Source: Balanoglossus misakiensis
Lineage: Eukaryota > Animalia > Hemichordata
Assembly (NCBI GenBank): GCA_040954595.2
Contig: CM082590.2
Coordinates: forward strand, 5,456,001 to 5,520,000
Direction of reading: 5' to 3'
Length of the DNA: 64,000 bases
Part shown: positions 1-11,039 of the stretch, one piece after another
Position numbering within the stretch: the first letter of the stretch is position 1
Layout of the letters: every line of letters starts with the position of its first letter
Notes under the pieces: model-generated
What the model saw: the letters and a program-made list of their open reading frames with translations, nothing else
What the model was told of the DNA's origin: nothing
Databases searched by the model: none
Made by a program: the position numbers and the translations under genes

Positions 1-505
1 TGACATAAATCTGTGTCCCTTTCCATGGAGTAAAGTTGGACTTGAGGGGTCCTACATTTTCAGATGGGGTGTGCAATTTTGATACTTCAGCTTCCTCTTT
101 GTTTTTAAATTGATACAAATGATATACTTTAAGTTTCCTACATTAGAAAGTTGTCTTCACACATGTACTGGGGTATATATAGTGAAACTACACCAAGCTA
201 GAAGTCATTTGCTCAAAAATTTTGGCAGAAGAAGGGTGTCCTTGTGTCTGAAGAGCTATTGGTCTTGGGTCTCCATATTGCCTCCAGAAGACTATTTGGC
301 TAACCAGGTAAGCCTTCAAATGTTGATGATGATAACTTTAGAGTCATGTATAATATGCACACCACAACCAAGTGTTTTATGTTTCTTATAGTTTTGATCA
401 CTAAACGATTGTTTTTATCAAGCACCATCTATTAGTGATATTTCCAGCTTTGAAATTATTGGAAAATTGCAGGGGGGGGGCACTGATTAAATATCATAAG
501 ATTAG

Positions 506-800
506 AGGCACTTGAGCTGCAACTTTTGGGATTATTATGTATTATAAACCCTAAGTATGAGTGCATATGTAAGTTTTAACCAGATAAATAATAAAGCTTT
601 GCCACAAAGGAATATGGCCGGCCTCTTGGGAAAATGCAAAAAATGTTGCATTCCCAATCATAAAACTTCATTGACAAAGCATAATCTCGTCCACTAGAAC
701 TCATGGAAGTAAATGCACTCCGCTGAGACATTACATTTTTATTTTGCATTGCATTTTTTAAAATTACAGGAATTTTTGGTATACTTGGAATTTTGATACA
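506..800. mobile_element. Degraded end of the non-autonomous Kolobok-like family seen intact at 61718-62679 (opposite orientation)
   Basis: aggcacttgagctgcaacttttggg and attataaaccctaagtatgagtgcatatg...aataataaagctttgcc match the reverse complement of about 62340-62679; the right boundary is approximate. Confidence 0.7.
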
Positions 801-1064
801 ATATCATTAAATAAACATAATTAAAAGCATTACTGAGATTATTTAAAGATTAATTTTTTTATCCAGTTGCACCTCATGGCATTTTAAGGGAACAAAGTCG
901 CTATCAATTTCCCAGGCAACATGTCTTATTTTAATAATAAGATGATCGATTGTTGGTTTGCAAAGTATATTCACTTAAAAGTAACATTTTGTCAAAGATT
1001 ATTTTTGTTTTTATTCAAAAGAATGAATATTGTAAGGTAAATAGATAGGAACACAATGACTTAC

Positions 1065-1113
1065 CTGCACCATTCTTTCACACAGTGCGTCGCAATAAGA
1101 ATAGGCTAGTCCC
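1065..1113 (-). other. Isolated candidate exon (49 nt)
   Basis: Strong acceptor ctttctttgcag and donor cag|gtaagt; one open frame GLAYSYCDALCERMVQ; no partner exons identified. Confidence 0.3.
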
Positions 1114-1561
1114 CTGCAAAGAAAGAGTGATAGTTACCTTGTGAATTGTACTACATTTGGTTTTAATGTTGCCAAGTTTGTCTCTTGACCCAGTTGCTAC
1201 TTACATTATTTTTGTGTACTTAATTATGATTCCTTCTTGTTTCAGTGTGAGAAATGCGTGGGAAAAAGCGAAAATTGGATGACAAACATCAAGTCAACAT
1301 TACAGGTAAAGGAAATTCATTGTATAATGGCATGGCATTACTATCAAACCATATATTCCCTAATGATAATTCATGAATATGTTGTAGCAAAACATTTTAA
1401 AAAATAAACTTTTGCAACCATTCTTGTCTCAGCGGCTTACACTAATAATGCTTCAACTGAACAATTCATCAGAATCTAAATTGATTATCGCTAGTTCTTT
1501 TCACTATAAGAAAACAAATTGACCCATTTCAGCTCCCAAAAGAGGGAAGATAAAGCCACAA

Positions 1562-1705
1562 CTTTACTGCAAGTGTCAAAAACCAAATGACAAAAATAAA
1601 CCCATGATTGGTTGTGATGGATGTGATAACTGGTTCCATCCAAGATGTGTAGGAACAACCATGAAAGATGTAAAGAAGATCAAAACATATTTTTGTCCTG
1701 ATTGC
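1562..1705 (+). CDS. PHD finger (C4HC3) domain of the transposase gene
   Basis: LYCKCQKPNDKNKPMIGCDGCDNWFHPRCVGTTMKDVKKIKTYFCPDC; Y, M and W residues at the aromatic-cage positions of H3K4me3-reading PHDs (BPTF/PHF2/CXXC1 type). Confidence 0.93.
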
Positions 1706-2462
1706 ACAAAAATGCAAGAAAAACGCACAGAGAAAACCACAAAAATGAGTTGTGAACATCCCAAAACCAATACTTCTGATGAAAAAATTACAAACGATAT
1801 CCCTCAAACAAAAACGGCAGAAAACAAGACAGAAAACAGAGAAAATAGCTGTGAAGCAGTACATCCTAATCCCATGAAATCAGAGCCCTTTGGAAGAAGT
1901 GGTTTTTCTATGATCATCGATTGCCAATTTACCTATGCAGGATGTGATGGAAAAATAAAGGGACTGTTGCAAGGACAGGATAGTACCACATTCACAGATA
2001 TAGACACTGATAAAAATAATGGCATAAACTCAGAAGACAAAGAAAAACTTGATGGTCAACATAAATTGGATTGCTATAATCCACCAACTGCAAGTTCTAA
2101 ACACTCTCATGCAACTGCCAGAGTAAAACCTGAAGAATTCAGTATCGCACGTGTTTTTCCTGATGAAAATGCTCATACTTCAACCAATGATTGCAATGGT
2201 GCCCAAGGAAGTAATGTACAAGGAGCCCCTTATAGCCAAACCAGAAAAAAACAATGACAGTCCCATCAACCAATGCAATAAGCATAATGAAGAGCCCAAC
2301 AATCAAATTAACACTGCTGATGGTTATCCTGATGTCAAGGCCAGTATTATAAAGGATCATCGCACTTATCACGCCCATTCAGTTCAAGATAGGACTCAAG
2401 ACTGTGAAACCCAAGGTGAAGATGAGCCCCGTGGTCATGACTGTCTGACTATTGGGTACCTA

Positions 2463-4269
2463 GATGACCAAGCCAGTATGGTCAGTTGTGTTGCTGAAGA
2501 CCAGGCCTGCAGTCAAACAGAAGTGGACCCTAATGACCACAGAAGTTCACCTCATAGTCCACTGGAAGATGACCAAGCCAGTATGGTCAGTTACGGTGCT
2601 GAAGACCAGGCCTGCAGTCAAACAGAAGTGGACCCTAATGACCACAGAAGTTCACCTCATAGTCCACTGGAAGATGACCAAGCCAGTATGGTCAGTTGTG
2701 TTGCTGAAGACCAGGCCTGCAGTCAAACAGAAGTGGACCCTAATGACCACAGAAGTTCACCTCATAGTCCACTGGAAGATGACCAAGCCAGTATGGTCAG
2801 TTGTGTTGCTGAAGACCAGGCCTGCAGTCAAACAGAAGTGGACCCTAATGACCACAGAAGTTCACCTCATAGTCCACTGGAAGATGACCAAGCCAGTATG
2901 GTCAGTTACAGTGCTGAAGACCAGGCCTGCAGTCAAACAGAAGTGGACCCTAATGACCACAGAAGTTCACCTCATAGTCCACTGGAAGATGACCAAGCCA
3001 GTATGGTCAGTTACGGTGCTGAAGACCAGGCCTGCAGTCAAACAGAAGTGGACCCTAATGACCACAGAAGTTCACCTCATAGTCCACTGGAAGATGACCA
3101 AGCCAGTATGGTCAGTTACGGTGCTGAAGACCAGGCCTGCAGTCAAACAGAAGTGGACCCTAATGACCACAGAAGTTCACCTCATAGTCCACTGGAAGAT
3201 GACCAAGCCAGTATGGTCAGTTACGGTGCTGAAGACCAGGCCTGCAGTCAAACAGAAGTGGACCCTAATGACCACAGAAGTTCACCTCATAGTCCACTGG
3301 AAGATGACCAAGCCAGTATGGTCAGTTACGGTGCTGAAGACCAGGCCTGCAGTCAAACAGAAGTGGACCCTAATGACCACAGAAGTTCACCTCATAGTCC
3401 ACTGGAAGATGACCAAGCCAGTATGGTCAGTTACGGTGCTGAAGACCAGGCCTGCAGTCAAACAGAAGTGGACCCTAATGACCACAGAAGTTCACCTCAT
3501 AGTCCACTGGAAGATGACCAAGCCAGTATGGTCAGTCACGGTGCTGAAGACCAGGCCTGCAGTCAAACAGAAGTGGACCCTAATGACCACAGAAGTTCAC
3601 CTCATAGTCCACTGGAAGATGACCAAGCCAGTATGGTCAGTTACGGTGCTGAAGACCAGGCCTGCAGTCAAACAGAAGTGGACCCTAATGACCACAGAAG
3701 TTCACCTCATAGTCCACTGGAAGATGACCAAGCCAGTATGGTCAGTTGTGTTGCTGAAGACCAGGCCTGCAGTCAAACAGAAGTGGACCCTAATGACCAC
3801 AGAAGTTCACCTCATAGTCCACTGGAAGATGACCAAGCCAGTATGGTCAGTTACGGTGCTGAAGACCAGGCCTGCAGTCAAACAGAAGTGGACCCTAATG
3901 ACCACAGAAGTTCACCTCATAGTCCACTGGAAGATGACCAAGCCAGTATGGTCAGTTACGGTGCTGAAGACCAGGCCTGCAGTCAAACAGAAGTGGACCC
4001 TAATGACCACAGAAGTTCACCTCATAGTCCACTGGAAGATGACCAAGCCAGTATGGTCAGTTACGGTGCTGAAGACCAGGCCTGCAGTCAAACAGAAGTG
4101 GACCCTAATGACCACAGAAGTTCACCTCATAGTCCACTGGAAGATGACCAAGCCAGTATGGTCAGTTACGGTGCTGAAGACCAGGCCTGCAGTCAAACAG
4201 AAGTGGACCCTAATGACCACAGAAGTTCACCTCATAGTCCACTGGAAGATGACCAAGCCAGTATGGTCA
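2463..4269 (+). repeat. Coding minisatellite, 105 bp x 17 (35-aa unit DDQASMVSxxAEDQACSQTEVDPNDHRSSPHSPLE)
   Basis: Exact 105-bp period (2463 to 4248 = 17 x 105), in frame with the transposase. Confidence 0.98.
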
Positions 4270-4379
4270 TGAATGACACTGAAGATCACATCAGTTCATG
4301 TGATGATATCCCTATCGATGAAAACTTGACAGAAGAACTCATAGGTGTTACCATTCAGCAGGGAGAGTTCATGGAACAG

Positions 4380-5640
4380 AAAATTAAATCATTTAATTTT
4401 CAACTATCACAGGAAGAATGGAACAAGATAAAACCAACCAAATCATACAAAGATGGGCAAAGACGACTAGAAGATGGCTGGTGCTACATATTCAATGAGA
4501 AATTTGCAAAAAATAATAATAAATGCCCCTTAGTATTCAAAGGAAACAGAATTGCAAAGAAAAATTCACGAAAATCAAGTGGCCCGTTTTGCAGAGTACT
4601 GGCTAAATGCAAACACACATCATGTCAAAATTACAAGTTTACAATAATGGAGGAACCATCTGGAAAATCACCTGTTACTGTTCTGGTGGAGAGCAATGGG
4701 AAAATTCGACACAGAAAGGGAGATCAAGAAGCAAGACACATTCGGAATGAAGAACGGAAGGAAACTGCGATTCAAATGTTGGGTAAAAATCCCAGCGAAT
4801 ACCGACTGACATGCCTGGCAACATCCGATAAAGAAGCTGTAGCCTTTGGAAATACTACCAAAGTCCAATCTTCAACCGTGTACCAAAAGATATCTTCGGA
4901 AGAGAACTGTCTCAGCCAGACATCAACAGATATGTTTGAGGATGTCATAAACACAATGAACAAGCTAAATGAAGAGGTGAAAGGGGGATATATACAAGAG
5001 ATTCGCTATTTCCCTTTTAAAGTTGTATGTTTCACAGAGAAACAGTTGAACATTTACAGAAGACTCTGCCAAACTAAAAGGGCGTACCTGCATATCGATG
5101 CAACGGGGACAGTGGTAAAACGACCAGCACACATCAGTCAGCGCATTTTGTATTATGCTATTGTCGTGTCTTCAGAAATGTTGCTGACACCAAGAAAACC
5201 ACCAATTCCTCTGGCAGAGATGATAACAAGTGACCATACAGTGCCATAAATATCCCATTTCCTGATGAAATTCAGAAGGGCAGCAAAGACGATGTCATCC
5301 CACTCTGTCATCCCACAGCGAGTTGAAATAGACTTCAGCTGGGCATTGTTGCATGCTGTCCTGTTAACTTTCAATATGGAAGATATTAACAAGTACATCA
5401 AAAGGTCATGGAATCTCATCACTGGAACATCCACCACTCAAGAGCCTAGTTTCACTGTAGTTCATATCTGTGCAGCCCACTTCATTCATGCAGTAAGCAT
5501 TCGTCTCCGACATAGATGCTTAGACAAACATCTGAGAAGATTTCTGATGTACACAACAGGTCTTCTACAGAACTCTACAACACTAGAAGAAGTTAGCAGC
5601 ATAGTGAAATACATCATAGTGGTGACGACATCTACATTAT
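4380..5640 (+). mobile_element. MULE/NOF-like transposase core
   Basis: Cys/His-containing N-terminal region, then GYIQEI..FPFKVVCFT, LHIDATG (first D), PIPLAEMITSDH, VEIDFSWALL (second D) and HICAAH (CxxH motif of Mutator-like transposases); catalytic E region lost by truncation. Confidence 0.75.
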
Positions 5641-7316
5641 TTTAATAATAAGATGATCGATTGTTGGTTTGCAAAGTATATTCACTTAAAAGTAACATTT
5701 TGTCAAAGATTAGTTTTGTTTTTATTCAAAAGAATGAATATTGTAAGGTAAATAGATAGGAACACAATGACTTACCAGTTGTGTTGCTGAAGACCAAGCC
5801 TGCAGTCAAACAGAAGTGGACCCTAATGACCACAGAAGTTCACCTCATAGTCCACTGGAAGATGACCAAGCCAGTATGGTCAGTTACGGTGCTGAAGACC
5901 AGGCCTGCAGTCAAACAGAAGTGGACCCTAATGACCACAGAAGTTCACCTCATAGTCCACTGGAAGATGACCAAGCCAGTATGGTCAGTTACGGTGCTGA
6001 AGACCAGGCCTGCAGTCAAACAGAAGTGGACCCTAATGACCACAGAAGTTCACCTCATAGTCCACTGGAAGATGACCAAGCCAGTATGGTCAGTTGTGTT
6101 GCTGAAGACCAGGCCTGCAGTCAAACAGAAGTGGACCCTAATGACCACAGAAGTTCACCTCATAGTCCACTGGAAGATGACCAAGCCAGTATGGTCAGTT
6201 GTGTTGCTGAAGACCAGGCCTGCAGTCAAACAGAAGTGGACCCTAATGACCACAGAAGTTCACCTCATAGTCCACTGGAAGATGACCAAGCCAGTATGGT
6301 CAGTTACGGTGCTGAAGACCAGGCCTGCAGTCAAACAGAAGTGGACCCTAATGACCACAGAAGTTCACCTCATATTCCACTGGAAGATGACCAAGCCAGT
6401 ATGGTCAGTTACGGTGCTGAAGACCAGGCCTGCAGTCAAACAGAAGTGGACCCTAATGACCACAGAAGTTCACCTCATAGTCCACTGGAAGATGACCAAG
6501 TCAGTATGGTCAGTTGTGTTGCTGAAGACCAGGCCTGCAGTCAAACAGAAGTGGACCCTAATGACCACAGAAGTTCACCTCATAGTCCACGGGAAGATGA
6601 CCAAGTCAGTATGGTCAGTTGTGTTGCTGAAGACCAGGCCTGCAGTCAAACAGAAGTGGACCCTAATGACCACAGAAGTTCACCTCATAGTCCACTGGAA
6701 GATGACCAAGTCAGTATGGTCAGTTGTGTTGCTGAAGACCAGGCCTGCAGTCAAACAGAAGTGGACCCTAATGACCACAGAAGTTCACCTCATAGTCCAC
6801 TGGAAGATGACCAAGCCAGTATGGTCAGTTGTGTTGCTGAAGACCAGGCCTGCAGTCAAACAGAAGTGGACCCTAATGACCACAGAAGTTCACCTCATAG
6901 TCCACTGGAAGATGACCAAGCAAGTATGGTCAGTCGTGTTGCTGAAGACCAGGCCTGCAGTCAAACAGAAGTGGACCCTAATGACCACAGAAGTTCACCT
7001 CATAGTCCACTGGAAGATGACCAAGCCAGTATGGTCAGTTGTGTTGCTGAAGACCAGGCCTGCAGTCAAACAGAAGTGGACCCTAATGACCACAGAAGTT
7101 CACCTCATATTCCACTGGAAGATGACCAAGCCAGTATGGTCAGTTGTGTTGCTGAAGACCAGGCCTGCAGTCAAATGGAAGTGGACCCTAATGACCACAG
7201 AAGTTCACCTCATAGTCCACTGGAAGATGACCAAGCCAGTATGGTCATGAATAACACTGAAGATCACATCAGTTCGTGTGATGATTTCCCAATCGATGAA
7301 AACTTGACAGAAGAAC
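5637..7316 (+). mobile_element. Rearranged partial second copy of the same element
   Basis: 5637-5776 duplicates 926-1065, then joins directly to a second 105-bp array and the following about 70 bp (copy of about 4270-4339). Confidence 0.9.
5776..7246 (+). repeat. Second 105-bp array, about 14 units
   Basis: Same unit as 2463-4269 with a different variant order and additional substitutions. Confidence 0.98.
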
Positions 7317-7390
7317 CGAATCCGAAACTGAATCCGAAACCGACACTAACTTCAGTATCGTGGGACTATCCCTCTTTCTGGAGGGTCCAA

Positions 7391-7530
7391 CGGAAGAAGC
7401 AGGAGGGTCTGGGTAACCGAGACTAAGCGCGGGCCAAATGGTCTCGGTTACCCAGACCCCTCTGCTTCTTCCGCTGCACTCTTTTCGGGAGCGCAGCGGA
7501 AAAAGCAGAGGGGTCTGGGTAACCAAACTT
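7391..7530. mobile_element. Two adjacent short hairpin MITE-like elements (one partial, one about 90 bp)
   Basis: Termini gtctcggttacccagaccc / gggtctgggtaaccgagacta; 7439-7530 is a near-perfect fold-back; CTA terminus resembles non-autonomous AcademH-type elements (inference). Confidence 0.65.
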
Positions 7531-7729
7531 GTTATCTGAGGTATACAAGAAACTTGAGTAAACAAGAGACACGTTCAAAGATCTTTGAAAACACAGATGA
7601 GAGCGAAATAGGTCGATACCAAAGGTCGCACCATTCTAGATTTCATGAAGTAATTGTAACTAATAACCTGCAATTGCTGAATTTTAACGAAAAGAAAGAA
7701 AAAAATCAACAAACTGACTCTGCTATGTA

Positions 7730-9005
7730 TAGTGCAGGAGCTAAGCCCCAAATTTTGGCATAATTGTGCACTTTGGGTTAAAAGCATGAAACTTGGTACA
7801 ATTATTCATTGACCCATGGCGGCCATTTTCTGATATGGATCCAAAACGACAGCGCCCTCTAGTGGTCAGATACAGATATTCATACTTTAAAATTGTGCAC
7901 TTCGGGTTAAAAGCCTGAAACTTGGTACAATTATTCATTGACCCACGGCGGCCATTTTCTGATATGGATCCAAAACGACTGCGCCCTCTAGTGGCCAGAA
8001 ACAGATATTCATACTTTAAAATTGTGCACTTTGGGTTAAAAGCATGAAATTTGGTACAATTATTCATTGACCCATGGCGGACATGTTCCAATATGGATCC
8101 CAAAAGAAAGCGCCCTTTAGTGGCCAGAAACTGACATTTACACTTTTTCCCCATTAATGGCACTTTTTGGTCAAGTTTAACACTCAGACACAGGAATGTG
8201 GGTTGTAAAATATGCTTGCTACCATATAATCCTCTGTATATTATCCTAATCCTGACAACTGTATGTTACTAATTGAACGAGTTGTTCTTGTTTTGTATAA
8301 CAGAACCAGTTTAATACACAAAGTCGTGCAACGGGGTAAGACAACACCTCTTCTCCAGAAAGTCAAGGGTTCTTGAGAATATTCCTTCTTCACATGTAGT
8401 CTATGAGAAACCTAGCAAAGCTATATCAAACCAACAGAATCCCAGTGGAAATCAAGTTGGACAACTCTTAGTCAAGCCCAAGAAAAAAGTCAACCTCAGG
8501 ATATCAGTTGCAAAAAGTCATGCACATGTTTCTGTAGGTGCTTTAGGTCTAGTCTACAAGCAGTGGTCATTGTTACTGTGAAGGAAGATGTCATCAAGAG
8601 TGATCTGATACATGTATATCAGGATTAGGATAATATACACATGATTGTATGGTAGCAAGCATGTTTTACAACCCACATTCCTGTTCTGAGTGTTACAAAT
8701 GACCAAAAAGTGCCATTAATGGGGGGGGGAAGTGTGAATGTCAGTTTCTGGCCACAAGAGGGCGCTGTCATTTTGGATCCATATCATAAAATGGCCGCCA
8801 TGGGTCAATGCAGAAGTGTACCAAGTTTCAGGCTTTTAACCCAAAGTGCACGGTTTTTAAGTATGAATGTCTGTTTCTGGCCACTAGAGGGCGCTGTCAT
8901 TTTGGATCCATATCAGAAAATGGCCGCCATGGGTCAATGCGTAAGTGTACCAAGTTTCATGCTTTTAACCCAAAGTGCATGATTTTTTGGTTAACTGCCC
9001 CACTA
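7730..9005. mobile_element. Non-autonomous foldback DNA transposon with TAG...CTA termini (Academ-like)
   Basis: Left end tagtgcaggagctaag, right end gttaactgccccacta; long inverted arms about 7763-8256 and 8619-8980 built of about 129-bp subterminal repeats (3 left, 2 right); flanks gta/tta give only an imperfect TSD. Confidence 0.8.
7815..8932. promoter_or_regulatory. Repeated CTCF-like and YY1-like motifs in the subterminal repeats
   Basis: tggccactagagggcgctg-type motif at about 7851, 7980 and 8110 (-) and 8749 and 8878 (+); aaaatggccgccatg 20-30 bp away in most units; motif match only. Confidence 0.5.
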
Positions 9006-9281
9006 TTAAAAGTGACTTTCACCATGGTCCGAACGGAAGCTTTAACAAAGAAATGAACAATGCACTGTAAATTTATGCAGCTATCAAGATTGGCATTCAT
9101 AAACACTATCCGTTTGGGCAGTTTTCTTTGTTAAATTGAAAGTGTCAATCGGTATTCTTTGGTGGATACCCAAGCTGTTCAATAGAAACGTTGTATTGTA
9201 TAAGTCAACAGTGGAAATTGTGCATTTAGTTTACATATTTTGCGAAAGACCTTGCTGTCGTAACAGAAAATTGATTTGCAG

Positions 9282-9436
9282 ATCTCTATGTTGGGCAGCG
9301 TATACCCAATTTACGTTCTGGATATATGGTAAACTTGTAAGGCGAGTGCGAAGAGTAATCCCTGCATGCGTTGTTATGGAAGTGAGAAGAGTCCGGAGTT
9401 TACATTGGTTTTAAAGATTGTCATTTACCTTGTTGA
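9282..9436 (+). pseudogene. KolX / P2X7 C-terminal (ballast)-like last exon
   Basis: After acceptor tttgcag: SLCWAAYTQFTFWIYGKLVRRVRRVIPACVVMEVRR, then shifted frame GVYIGFK; fits the AYRQF..W..G.LG...R..IP.CVV..IR..FP...Y.GF signature. Confidence 0.8.
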
Positions 9437-9510
9437 GCTTTTGAAACACAACGAAATAAAATATAAATTGTCAATGGAATATCAACAAATTGTACTCTAA
9501 GACGAGTTAC

Positions 9511-10890
9511 CTGATCGTTTTCTTTTCGTGACCGCCTCTTCTCACTGTGAATTCTTCTTTTTGGCGGGGGCGCCAAGTGTTCGAAAATGGTGGGAACCGC
9601 ATCCTCTTTCAATTCCCAGCGACGTTTGGTACCAAGCATTTCATGCTAAAAGAAATAAATTTGTGAAATTCAAGAAATCGTCTCGTATAGCAGATTTATA
9701 TTGGCAAGCGTCTGATTGATTTTTAGAACGAAATCAATTGTGAACCTGCTCTACTAATCAGAAGATGAAGCCATTTTCCACTTTAAACCATTACATAAAA
9801 ATTTGGATCGTAACACAAGATGCTGACAACGCTTGCAATTTCACCAAACTTATATTTTATTTCTGGAAACGATAAATGCACCTTAAACAGTGATTTGTCA
9901 AGTAGAAACAATTTTCGGAACTAGAAAGGGATACGTTTCCTTGGGGCGTTCTGTATAAAAAGAATGATCACACTTTCACACCTTATGAAAAAGTCGTAGG
10001 AAAGGTTTAATCACTCATTGTTTAGTGTTAAAGGTGTATTGTGGAGACACGCGATCGTCCACGCGTGTCAAACCTTTCCAAAGAATCAAACTACTCTCAT
10101 GTAGTATCACACCTGTATCTTTTCTCATCTGTTTAATACGTGGTATTTGAAAACCTCCATCGGACTCTCGCGGTTCTGTACATCTGTTAGCAATTCAACA
10201 AAGGTAGTTTATGCTTTATTGTCTAAACTCTGGGGTTTATATACAGTGGTTTGAACTGTGACATTTGGTAACACAACATAGTTCAAGAACAATAGAATTT
10301 TGTAGTTGTGAATTCGTGACTTTTAACAGAGGAAACAACAATCATGTCAAATACCCATCTCCCAATAAACAATAAGTGTTGGTGGGCGAAGCCTGCCTTG
10401 AACATCGTTTGGTTCCTAGTACTCATTACGGAGATGTATAATGCGCACATAGAACATCTCCTATACTTTTTTACGTAAACGCATTTACAAGGGAACACAT
10501 CGTCTGTTAACAGTTGTCTAAGATAAGCATAATTTGCTTTTTCAGTTCATAACAACGCATGAAATACATAAGCACATGTATCCATTTATGATGCATCTGA
10601 CTGACTGACGCGCTCATCTTCCAATGTCAGGAAAAGATAATGTTGCTAAATCTCGATAAAAGTAGTCAGTAATTGTTATCTTACCTTTAAGTCTCTCTTA
10701 AAACACTCTTCTTTGAAGTGAGCAGAACACAATGTAGCATTTTTCGTCACTTGAAGCAGGTTTTCTCCCCTCCCGACTTTCCTCAGCCACTGCCTCCGGT
10801 AAAATCTAACTTCGGAAAGCGGTGAAAACTTACACTAGTTGTATTTTTTCTCGAATCGTTTCTACATCCAACAGCACAACAATAAACCAT
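9511..10890 (-). pseudogene. THAP-domain gene (transposase N-terminus), two exons
   Basis: Exon 10890-10685: MVYCCAVGCRN...FHRFPK [frameshift near 10800] RRQWLRKVGR...LCSAHFKEECF, donor gtaag; exon 9645-9511: HEMLGTKRRWELKEDAVPTIF...; C2CH core plus AVPTIF box. Confidence 0.92.
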
Positions 10891-11029
10891 TTTGTTGACG
10901 CACTAACATTGATAATGGGTATAGCTAAAATAGTTGCTTTCCGAATCTCGACGAAGTAGACAATAATTTGGATAGACGCATAAGCTTCTACGGCTGGATA
11001 GCACTCGCGTTAAAAAGATCGTATCGTAA

Positions 11030-11039
11030 GTGACGTCAC
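11030..11039. promoter_or_regulatory. CRE palindrome in the CpG-rich region upstream of the THAP gene
   Basis: GTGACGTCAC 140 bp 5' of the ATG. Confidence 0.4.

Larger units (their letters stand above)
1254..5645 (+). pseudogene. Disrupted PHD-finger / tandem-repeat / MULE (NOF-FB-like) DDE transposase gene
   Basis: Exon 1254-1305 (MRGKKRKLDD, NLS-like) splices GT-AG in phase to 1533; PHD finger; inferred frameshift near the A-run at about 2245-2251 into the 1032-aa ORF; in-frame TAA at 5247-5249; ORF resumes in the same frame and is truncated at about 5640. Confidence 0.8.

Noticed and set aside
110-391. 93-aa ORF and donor-like ccag|gtaagc at 307/308
   Set aside because: No recognisable product and no linked exons
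2464-7250. 602-aa and 489-aa basic ORFs (MTKPVWSV...) in the alternative frame
   Set aside because: They result from repeating a 105-bp unit that lacks stops in two frames; they begin and end with the arrays
7532-7729. Possible C-terminal remnant of the transposase
   Set aside because: Open frame but no diagnostic motif; cannot be supported
9006-9020. TTAA at 9006 as the second Kolobok terminus
   Set aside because: The following bases (aagtgact) do not match the AGGGGCCC end at 11216
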